Origin: Halomicronema hongdechloris C2206
GTDB taxonomy: Bacteria; Cyanobacteriota; Cyanobacteriia; Phormidesmidales; Phormidesmidaceae
Direction of reading: 5' to 3'
NCBI RefSeq assembly: GCF_002075285.3
Contig: NZ_CP021983.2
Span: forward strand, 2,280,001 to 2,312,000
Length of the DNA: 32,000 bases
The notes beneath the pieces were generated by a model. That model did not search any database and had not been told where the DNA came from. It worked only from the letters and a program-made list of their open reading frames with translations. Within the stretch, counting starts at the first letter, position 1. Each line of letters opens with the position of its first letter. Shown one piece after another: positions 1-7,035 of this stretch. The position numbers and the translations under genes are program-made.

Positions 1-1
1 A

Positions 2-760
2 ATTCGCAACTACCACTGGTGGCGCGACGAAACTACCCATCCAGATATAGAAGCAGACTATCACTGGCAGCGCATCGATACCTGGGACTACTCTCCAGAT
101 GAAATCAAGGCAAACCAGGCCGCCGCTAAAGATGTCTGGACCCATGTGCCCATGCTGCATCCCAGCCTCAAATCTGATGAACGCCATGTCCGCGACGAGA
201 ATGGCTTGTTTTTAGAAAACGCCGTGCAAATGCAGCCCAATCAATGGGACGGCGGCTATGACGAAACTTGCCTGGTGTATTTATCCACCATTGCCCTCAA
301 GCCAGGGTGGTATCGCTTTGGAGGAGAAAGTCATCTGGTTGAAATCTCGAGCCATGAACTGGATGAGACCAGCCCCATCGTGGAGTTGTTGCAACGCCCC
401 ATTGAGGATTCCTTTGCTCTGATCGGGCCTGGCATATGGGGCTCCAACCATCTCTCGCTGCGCTATCCCAGGCACTCAGACTTTTCTGAACGACGTCCCA
501 TGATGCTGACCGATCGCCCCAATCCCTATCGCTATCGCCTGGGTAGCCAATCTGGGGAGTATCAAACCGGCCCCATGCGCAAAGCCGGACGCCTAAGCCG
601 GGGACGCTACGCAGTCCCTACGGGTACGGTCTATGTCTTCAAAGACCCTCTGGGTAAATCCTGGTGGGATTGGCCAGAGGACTGGTTTCCCAAAGAAGGC
701 TTTCCCCTAAAACACTTGGGCTGCAATCTCAGCCTACCCGTTGAAATTTCTAGGAGTTAA
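2..760 (+). CDS. cmr3: Cmr3 (Cas5-like RAMP subunit of a type III-B effector), 5' end cut by the window edge
   Basis: The frame of ORF 146..760 stays open back to base 2 (IRNYHWWRDETTHPD...), so the N-terminus lies upstream. GWYRFGGESHLVEI and the C-terminal RYAVPTGTVYVFKD resemble Cmr3 motifs. It sits directly 5' of cmr4-cmr5-cmr6 in the canonical order. Confidence 0.7.
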   Translation: MRNYHWWRDETTHPDIEADYHWQRIDTWDYSPDEIKANQAAAKDVWTHVPMLHPSLKSDERHVRDENGLFLENAVQMQPNQWDGGYDETCLVYLSTIALKPGWYRFGGESHLVEISSHELDETSPIVELLQRPIEDSFALIGPGIWGSNHLSLRYPRHSDFSERRPMMLTDRPNPYRYRLGSQSGEYQTGPMRKAGRLSRGRYAVPTGTVYVFKDPLGKSWWDWPEDWFPKEGFPLKHLGCNLSLPVEISRS

Positions 761-764
761 CGTC

Positions 765-1595
765 ATGTATGCAAAGGCCTACGGCATTATCGAAACCCTA
801 GCCCCCCTGCATGTTGGGGCCAGCGCTGGGGAGGAAAGTGGTAACCTGAATCTCATTTTTCGCGATCAATTTACGCAGACTGGCATCATTCCTGGTAGTT
901 CCATTCGCGGCCGGTTCCGAGCTGATATGCGCTCAGGATCAGAAGATGAGAACACCTGGTATGGCCATGAAGCCATTGAAGGACGGGAAGACGGTGGCAC
1001 TACAGAAGCCATCGTTAAGTTTGAGCATGCCTCGCTGGTATGGCTGCCGGTTTTTTGTCCTGGGCAACCCATCGTCTGGATCACATGTCCCTACTTGCTG
1101 AAGCGCTATGGGCGAATCAGGCAGATAGAGGCTGAAATACCAGATCCCTACACGGCTCCTAGGGGCTTGCCAGGTCGTCAAGTAGACACTACCAAGAAAG
1201 TTCTATTCTTTAACCTTGGCTTTTTAGAAATCGAGCGCGAAGCGGATCTATCTGCCTGGGTGCCCAATAAAGAGGGAACAGATAAAAAGCTGATCGATCC
1301 TAACTTAACCGTTGTCGTTGCAGATGGTGATATTGCCATGTTGCACGATATGGCCCTCTACCGCCAAAGTCGGGTCAAACTCGTGGATGACATGAAGAAG
1401 GTTGATACTGAAAAAGGTGCGTTCTTTAACGTAGAAGCCCTGCCAGAAGGTAGTATCTTGATTTTCCCCATTGCCCTTAAACAAACCGGCTGGCAACCTT
1501 TTGAAGCGGGAGAGAAGACTGAAGAACTCTACTTTGGCGGCCTAGAATCCGTGGGTTTTGGTCGCTGCCAAGTCACGATTGGAGGTAAGTATTAA
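765..1595 (+). CDS. cmr4: Cmr4 (Cas7-family backbone RAMP subunit, type III-B)
   Basis: TAGGAG lies 8 nt upstream of the ATG at 765, in frame with the 741 ORF. The N-terminus (LAPLHVGAS...GNLNLIFRDQFTQTGIIPGSSIRGRFRADMR) matches the Cmr4/Csm3 pattern ...R[DE]x5-6 P.IPGSS.[KR]G..R. There is a C-terminal G-rich loop, YFGGLESVGFGRC. Confidence 0.85.
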   Translation: MYAKAYGIIETLAPLHVGASAGEESGNLNLIFRDQFTQTGIIPGSSIRGRFRADMRSGSEDENTWYGHEAIEGREDGGTTEAIVKFEHASLVWLPVFCPGQPIVWITCPYLLKRYGRIRQIEAEIPDPYTAPRGLPGRQVDTTKKVLFFNLGFLEIEREADLSAWVPNKEGTDKKLIDPNLTVVVADGDIAMLHDMALYRQSRVKLVDDMKKVDTEKGAFFNVEALPEGSILIFPIALKQTGWQPFEAGEKTEELYFGGLESVGFGRCQVTIGGKY

Positions 1596-1597
1596 TC

Positions 1598-2050
1598 ATG
1601 GCCTGGAATTCCTATGGCTTAGACCGAGAAGCCCAACAACTCGTCTTATCTGCTCGACGGCGGGATGAAGCTCTGCCAAAAGCTGAGCGTTCCAAGAAGG
1701 CATCCCTCAATCAAGGGCACAAAATGCGTATGGCCATCCCCTATGGCTTAGAGCGTTTCTGGGGTGAACATCTGCGACTGCAAGAGAAAGAGCGAAATAA
1801 ATCGATCTACTGGAAAGAAACCTGGGATGCCTTTGTGCGAGTGATGGATATCGCTGGAATCGAAATTCCCAACGATGATGTCAGCTATTCAGACACCAGC
1901 GGCATCCAAAGCATGTCCGAAAGGCTTTGGGAATTAGACCTTAAAAAGCAGCGTGTAGCCCTAGCCGTACTCACACAACTCTGTGATGCGCTGGTGTGGT
2001 GGACCCAACGGTATAAAGGAGGTGCTAAGGCCAATGGCTCAAATCCCTGA
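1598..2050 (+). CDS. cmr5: Cmr5-like small subunit (Cas11 family), called mainly from position
   Basis: A 150-aa predicted helical protein between cmr4 and cmr6. GGAGG lies upstream of the ATG. The start is 2 nt after the cmr4 stop and the 3' end overlaps the next gene. I recognised no strong motif. Confidence 0.6.
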   Translation: MAWNSYGLDREAQQLVLSARRRDEALPKAERSKKASLNQGHKMRMAIPYGLERFWGEHLRLQEKERNKSIYWKETWDAFVRVMDIAGIEIPNDDVSYSDTSGIQSMSERLWELDLKKQRVALAVLTQLCDALVWWTQRYKGGAKANGSNP

Positions 2051-3728
2051 TATGGCTAAGAAGGTGCCCATGATGTTTCGGGCCCAGGTAGAAGGTCGCT
2101 GCCAACTCCAGAGAGTATATACCGATCGCAATAAGAGTAATGAGGCTCAAGATTCAGAGCGATGGGTGAGTGAGTGGGTCGAGAAAGCCTACCCAAGCCC
2201 ACCAGTCTTCGATTTAACAGTTCAGACTCGTTCATATCAGCTCAATTGGCGATTTGTCACCAATGGTGGTCAAGATGACGGCATCATCCGGCCAGTGATT
2301 GGCTCCTTTGGCTGGCCCTTTTATCCTGGCAGCAGTATGAAAGGTGTCTTTCGCCAAGCTTGTAACAAAGATCAAGCAGAGCGCTACTGTGGCAAAGAGT
2401 TATCAGGTAAGGACTGGCAACCAGGGATTCTACGTTTCCATGGGGGCTATCCCACTAACACTCAGTGGACTGACCGATTAGTGGATATCATTCATCCCCA
2501 ACAAGAGCGCCAGGTACAGCGGGAAAAAACGACCAGCGCCTTCGCCCAAGTCTCCCTATACCGACCTGAACTACAGTTTGGCATTTCCAGCACTGAACTG
2601 CTGGACGACACCGAATGGGACACTATTTGGCAAATTTGGGAGCGGGGGTTATCGAGTGGACTGGGATGTCGCGTTAGTGCAGGCTACGGTCAAGTTGCAG
2701 ACCATGCGGGACAGACTCTATTCAAATGTCGTCTTAAAGGACAGGGGCAAGCTCCCAAACTATTAGATGTAGATGAGACAGGGGAGTTTCGACCCAATAT
2801 TTTTCGAGCGGCGATCCGAGGCCATGCCCTGCGCTTGTTTGGTGGCTTGACCGATGCCACCAATGCTGAACGGTTAGTCAATGAGCTCTTCGGTAGTGTG
2901 CAGGGGAGCGGAGATGTGGGCCTGCTAGCCATGAGTTTCCAGCCCTGTCGCGAAATAATCGGCAGCTATGGCCGAGGCAGATGGGAACAACCAACCTATG
3001 AAGTAGAAGGGGATCTGTACTGGATGCTTAACCGTCCCCTGGCAGATCCCAATCAGCGCAAGGCTTTATCTAACTTGATTAAAGCGCTGATGCACTTTGC
3101 CATGGTCTTCGGCGGGTTCGGCAAGTCCTGGCGACGGGCCGATCATCGGATTTTTTACCCCGATTATGCTGAGCAAGATGCAAAGCCACTCATTGGCTGC
3201 CATTGGCAATGGTCTGAACAGTCCCTAACTCGCAACTACAAAGTCAGGAAGCTTGAAAATATTGCTACCTTCCTCCAGGCAATCAGAAAAGTCGCTAGAA
3301 CCTGGGTGCAACTACAAAAAGCGAACTCTAGACAATGGGCTAAAACCTGGCGAGAAGCCTGGCATCCTCAGAACGTCCAGGTCTGGGGGCGCGTCGCCAG
3401 GGAAGCAGAAGATAGTCGTGCAGTGGAATGGTTGCATGGTCCCTATCGACCGGCTATGCCGACAGCTAATATTCTGGAAGGCACGATCAAGCAAACCTCA
3501 GTCACCGGGAAGCTTAATCGTATTGGCCGCTTATGGCATCGCATGTATCCCATCGTCAGACTGGTGAGGAACCCTGAAGATCCTGATGGTAAGCCAATCG
3601 CCAAAATGAGATCTCGCCCTGAGTATCTGGAATTACTGACACTATTTCCCAATGACTCACCAGAGTTTCTTGACTTTCTTGATTTTCTAGAAACCCAACA
3701 AACCATGTTTCAGAAACTCTGGCCGTAA
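2034..3728 (+). CDS. cmr6: Double-RAMP protein: a Cmr6-like N-terminal module fused to a Cmr1-like C-terminal module
   Basis: AAAGGAGG precedes the ATG at 2034 (the ORF-track start at 1983 is a GTG further upstream). Module 1 (~2034..2700) has GWPFYPGSSMKGVFRQA, GILRFHGGYP and the G-loop GLGCRVSAGYGQV. Module 2 (~2721..3728) has FRPNIFRAAIRGHALRLFGG, LFGSVQGSGDVGLL and FGGFGKSWRRA. Confidence 0.75.
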   Translation: MAQIPDMAKKVPMMFRAQVEGRCQLQRVYTDRNKSNEAQDSERWVSEWVEKAYPSPPVFDLTVQTRSYQLNWRFVTNGGQDDGIIRPVIGSFGWPFYPGSSMKGVFRQACNKDQAERYCGKELSGKDWQPGILRFHGGYPTNTQWTDRLVDIIHPQQERQVQREKTTSAFAQVSLYRPELQFGISSTELLDDTEWDTIWQIWERGLSSGLGCRVSAGYGQVADHAGQTLFKCRLKGQGQAPKLLDVDETGEFRPNIFRAAIRGHALRLFGGLTDATNAERLVNELFGSVQGSGDVGLLAMSFQPCREIIGSYGRGRWEQPTYEVEGDLYWMLNRPLADPNQRKALSNLIKALMHFAMVFGGFGKSWRRADHRIFYPDYAEQDAKPLIGCHWQWSEQSLTRNYKVRKLENIATFLQAIRKVARTWVQLQKANSRQWAKTWREAWHPQNVQVWGRVAREAEDSRAVEWLHGPYRPAMPTANILEGTIKQTSVTGKLNRIGRLWHRMYPIVRLVRNPEDPDGKPIAKMRSRPEYLELLTLFPNDSPEFLDFLDFLETQQTMFQKLWP

Positions 3729-3858
3729 GCATTCCTATGAGTATTTTGGCTAGGCAAGTTGATGTGCCTCTCCGGTAGCTAAGCAGCTTATCCTGAGCTG
3801 TGTCGAAGGGAATCGAAGCCCAAATTTACCAGGCTCAATGCAAATCTAATATTACTCA

Positions 3859-5352
3859 ATGCTTATGACGACCTGGATTTTAACCATTGGCAGCAGTGAT
3901 GTGCTGCTAAAGTCTGACCGAAATTGGAATTCATTAGAACGGCAAGCTCAGGCTAAGACTAGAGACTTGCCTCACTTTAGACCATCAATCGTTAAGATGC
4001 CGAATGGAGCCGATTTTTTTGCTTTTCCGGTAAGAGCGCTAGGAATTGTCTATTCAAGTCAGCTTGAAACATATAGCTCTGATCTTTGCCTACCTCGGTT
4101 AGAAACCCTTTGTGGACAATTTAGGACATCATATCCTGAACACATCATCATCCTACTAACCGATCAGGCTCATCTACAGCCTGCAGCCAGACGTAAGACT
4201 CATCATGCCTATTGGCAAGACACCTGTGAACTAAAGCCTATTCTTGAGTTTTATCTAAATCAGAAATTCCCTGATGTCAGTCAAGACTATCTAATTGTGC
4301 GACCAGAACCTCAAGGAGAAACCATAGAGGTCCTGGGATTAGATCACTGGGATAGCACCTTATCTCTGATACAGGCTCTCATGGCTGATATCGATGATAA
4401 GAGCCATAAAACGATTTATGTTAGTCATCAGGGCGGGATACCTGCCTTATCATCAGCAGTTCAGTTTGTTACCTTAACTAAGTTTGCGGACAAAGTTCAG
4501 TTCTTAGTTAGCAATGAATTCCAGGAAAATTCATCAGAACTGATATCAAGCTCCACCTATCTACGAGGGATTCGACTACAGGAAGCTAAGAGACTGCTGT
4601 TACGCCATGACTATGTCGGCGTACAAGAACTACTCAGACATGGTTTATTGACGTCAGATGATCCATTGGGTTCTAAGATTGATAGTCTTTTGAATTCTGC
4701 CATTTTATGGAATCAAGCTCAGTTTAAGCAATTTAGTGAATCACTACCATTAGAGCTTCAAGAAAGAACTCAAGAATGGTGGTGGGCTGGATACGAATCA
4801 GCCTATCTAGCTATGATCCGTTTGGAACAGGGAAATACAGTAGAAGCACTCTTCCATAGCTTTCGGGCTGCAGAAGGTATGCTAAGTAACTGGGCCAAGT
4901 GGTATTATCCAGATGATATCAAAGAAGATAAGAAAGGGGCTCCAATTGTATTCCTTAGAGAGGATAGTCATTTGCCAGATTATCTGAAAAGTAAATTAGC
5001 AGAAAAGAGAGAAAAGAATAAAGAAGCCAACTTTATGCTTTATAGTCAGGAGCTGTTCAATCTCTTTCAGGCAGTTCATCCCGACGCTTCAGAAAATGAA
5101 AACGTCAAGGTTATTTGGAAAGGCGCTAAGGGAGTTCGTAATCAACAATTCCACAGACTCTTAGGTTTAAATGAGAAAGAAGTCTTTCGAGCTTGGGGAT
5201 GTAAAGAGAATCGAAAAGCCTGGGAAGATCGGCTGTTGAATTGTTTAAACTTCATTGCTGGCCAGGACTTTAAATCTCTCAAAGATTCCAGCTTAATGAG
5301 CAGAGTTCAAGCTGAATTATGGGGGGCATTGAACTCTGTGAATCTACCTTAA
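3859..5352 (+). CDS. CARF/HEPN ancillary protein, paralog A (Csx1/Csm6/Cas02710-like, predicted cOA-responsive RNase)
   Basis: The N-terminus has a Rossmann-like strand pattern: WILTIGSSD, IIILLTDQ, IYVSHQGGIPALSSAVQF. The C-terminus is helical, with GNTVEALFHSFRAAEGML and the Rx4H HEPN motif R-N-Q-Q-F-H (nt 5137..5154). It lies directly downstream of the cmr operon. Confidence 0.65.
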   Translation: MLMTTWILTIGSSDVLLKSDRNWNSLERQAQAKTRDLPHFRPSIVKMPNGADFFAFPVRALGIVYSSQLETYSSDLCLPRLETLCGQFRTSYPEHIIILLTDQAHLQPAARRKTHHAYWQDTCELKPILEFYLNQKFPDVSQDYLIVRPEPQGETIEVLGLDHWDSTLSLIQALMADIDDKSHKTIYVSHQGGIPALSSAVQFVTLTKFADKVQFLVSNEFQENSSELISSSTYLRGIRLQEAKRLLLRHDYVGVQELLRHGLLTSDDPLGSKIDSLLNSAILWNQAQFKQFSESLPLELQERTQEWWWAGYESAYLAMIRLEQGNTVEALFHSFRAAEGMLSNWAKWYYPDDIKEDKKGAPIVFLREDSHLPDYLKSKLAEKREKNKEANFMLYSQELFNLFQAVHPDASENENVKVIWKGAKGVRNQQFHRLLGLNEKEVFRAWGCKENRKAWEDRLLNCLNFIAGQDFKSLKDSSLMSRVQAELWGALNSVNLP

Positions 5353-5360
5353 AAGTATTT

Positions 5361-5513
5361 GTAGTATTTGTAGGGTGGGCATTGCCTTTTCTAGGGTGCA
5401 ATATGTTTATCACTCATCTACTCAATGCCCACCTTTTCGAAGAATTGGTGGGCAAGCCCAACGCCTCGACCGTGGCTGAGAACAGTGACGATGAGTTTGC
5501 CCACCTTACCTAC
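5361..5513. mobile_element. MITE-like 153-bp element, copy 1
   Basis: It is nearly identical to 6094..6246. The ends are inverted (GTAGGGTGGGCA ... TGCCCACC(T/C)TAC). It has two internal long hairpins (GGTGGGCATTG/CAATGCCCACC and GGTGGGCAA/TTGCCCACC). Confidence 0.55.
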
Positions 5514-5574
5514 TATGCTCAAATTTTCCCATTTAGGTGAGCTATTCAACGAACGATGCCTACCGCTGGCCGAT

Positions 5575-5604
5575 CCGTTGGCTGAGCGGAGTCGAAGCCA
5601 ACGG
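5575..5604. repeat. Hairpin with conserved loop TGAGCGGAGTCGAA (stem CCGTTGGC/GCCAACGG)
   Basis: A perfect 8-bp stem read directly from the sequence. The same 14-nt loop recurs at 12012..12039, and in reverse orientation at 5949..5974, each time with a different stem. Confidence 0.6.
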
Positions 5605-5611
5605 AGCAACA

Positions 5612-5920
5612 TCAATCAGCGTGCAAATTCTCGTGATGGCTAGCGTTCTGACACTCGGCCAAAACATGCAGTTGATTCATATCACTTGCAATCAGGGCGA
5701 GCTTCTTCTTACGGCTCCATCCTTGGATTTGCTTTTCTCGCTGAAATGCGGTGTCGATGCGATCGCATTCTTCGCAATACACCAACCTTACCGGCAGCCG
5801 TTTGGCGGTGTAGTTGGCTCCAAGACCTTCTTGGTGTTCCCAGAGCCGTCGCGCCATATTCCAGGTGCTGCCAGTGTAGTAGCTGCCATCGGCACATTCG
5901 AGGATGTAGGTGTAGGGCAT
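5612..5920 (-). CDS. Small GIY-YIG nuclease-domain protein (UPF0213/YhbQ-like, URI domain only)
   Basis: MPYTYILECADGSYYTGSTWNMARRLWEHQ...YTAKRLPVRLVYCEEC...AFQREKQIQGWSRKKK matches the GIY-YIG pattern (Y-x-YIL...YYTG...R...H). The protein is 102 aa. Confidence 0.85.
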   Translation of the reverse strand: MPYTYILECADGSYYTGSTWNMARRLWEHQEGLGANYTAKRLPVRLVYCEECDRIDTAFQREKQIQGWSRKKKLALIASDMNQLHVLAECQNASHHENLHAD

Positions 5921-5948
5921 GGTGGGAGAGGGAGTGGTTATTTGGAGT

Positions 5949-5974
5949 GTGCCCTTCGACTCCGCTCAGGGCAC
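5949..5974. repeat. Hairpin with the same conserved loop, reverse-complemented (stem GTGCCC/GGGCAC)
   Basis: GTGCCC-TTCGACTCCGCTCA-GGGCAC. A second loop copy without a stem lies at 5982..5997. Confidence 0.55.
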
Positions 5975-6093
5975 GCCCTTACTTCGACTCCGCTCAGCCA
6001 GCGGATAGCTACGCCTACCTCATGGGTCTCCCTGCGGGAGAAAACCAAGTGTCGTCAATCTCCACTAGAATCCCCACCCGCTGTTGTGTCAGA

Positions 6094-6246
6094 GTAGTAT
6101 TTGTAGGGTGGGCATTGCCTTTTCTAAGGCCCAATGGTGCTTATCATTCATCTACTCAATGCCCACCTTTTCGAAGAATTGGTGGGCAAGCCCAACGCCT
6201 CGACCGTGGCTGAGAACAGTGGCAATGAATGTGCCCACCCTACCTA
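6094..6246. mobile_element. MITE-like 153-bp element, copy 2
   Basis: A direct repeat of 5361..5513 on the other side of the GIY-YIG gene. Substitutions cluster in the hairpin loops. Confidence 0.55.
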
Positions 6247-6321
6247 CTGGAAAACTTGAACGACAATATTAGAATTAAATGATGAGCCTTCGCCTTCTGT
6301 AGCTATAAGATAGAGCATCCT

Positions 6322-6645
6322 ATGCAACTAGAAGATTACTTCGACTTCTTAGCCCCAGACGATATTCGTCTCAAAGGAACCAGAGTTGGCATTGAGACAA
6401 TACTTTACGATTTCATCCATCGCTGTCGTACGCCTGAAGCTATTGCTCAGAGCTATCCTTCCCTGAGCCTAGAACAGGTATATGCCACGATTTTGTACTA
6501 TCTGCACAACCAAGAGGCTGTCAGTGCCTATCTAGCCGACTGGATGGAGTGGAGCCACCAGAGGCGGGAAGAACAACGCCAAAACCCGCCTCCCCAAGTC
6601 TTAAAGCTTCGGCAGCTAAAAGCAGAAAAAGCAGCATCGCAATAG
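6322..6645 (+). CDS. DUF433-family antitoxin-like protein
   Basis: APDDIRLKGTRVGIETILYDF...PEAIAQSYPSLSLEQVYATILYY is the typical DUF433 core. The partner gene starts 4 nt after its stop. Confidence 0.75.
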   Translation: MQLEDYFDFLAPDDIRLKGTRVGIETILYDFIHRCRTPEAIAQSYPSLSLEQVYATILYYLHNQEAVSAYLADWMEWSHQRREEQRQNPPPQVLKLRQLKAEKAASQ

Positions 6646-6649
6646 GCTG

Positions 6650-7012
6650 ATGACACTTAAGTACCTGTTGGATGAGAACGTTGATTCCGTATACCAGGTG
6701 CAGATTCAACGGCAAGAGCCTGAGGTTATTGTATTTAGGATCGGCATGCCAGGCACGCCTTCAATACAATCGTCTGATTCTGATATCCTGTGCTGGTGCG
6801 AGGAACATTCATTTATTTTATTGACTAATAATCGAAAATCAATGCCAGTCCATTTGGCTGACCACCTGGCCCAAGGGCGGCATGTTCCCGGTATTTTCAT
6901 TCTTAATAACGAACTGAGTTTAGGTCAGCAACTAGAAGAATTAATTCTGATCGCAATGGCTTCTGAGGAGACAGATTTCCAGGATCGCATTACCTACTTA
7001 CCGATTGTTTAA
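6650..7012 (+). CDS. DUF5615-family PIN-like toxin candidate
   Basis: The N-terminal KYLLDENV and SDSDILCWCEEHSFILLTNNRKS resemble DUF5615/Mut7-C-type PIN-like proteins, which pair with DUF433. Confidence 0.7.
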   Translation: MTLKYLLDENVDSVYQVQIQRQEPEVIVFRIGMPGTPSIQSSDSDILCWCEEHSFILLTNNRKSMPVHLADHLAQGRHVPGIFILNNELSLGQQLEELILIAMASEETDFQDRITYLPIV

Positions 7013-7035
7013 GGCCCTATTGCCAAACTACTAAA

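Noticed and set aside
5537-6213. Plus-strand ORFs of 186 aa and 175 aa overlapping the GIY-YIG gene.
   Set aside because: They are antisense to a gene with clear family motifs and run through the hairpin and MITE-like repeats.
5425-6272. Near-identical peptides (MPTFSKNWWASPTPRPWLRTV...) from ORFs 5425..5643 and 6084..6272.
   Set aside because: The identity just reflects the two copies of the 153-bp element. The ORFs diverge as soon as they leave the repeat, and there is no start context or family resemblance.
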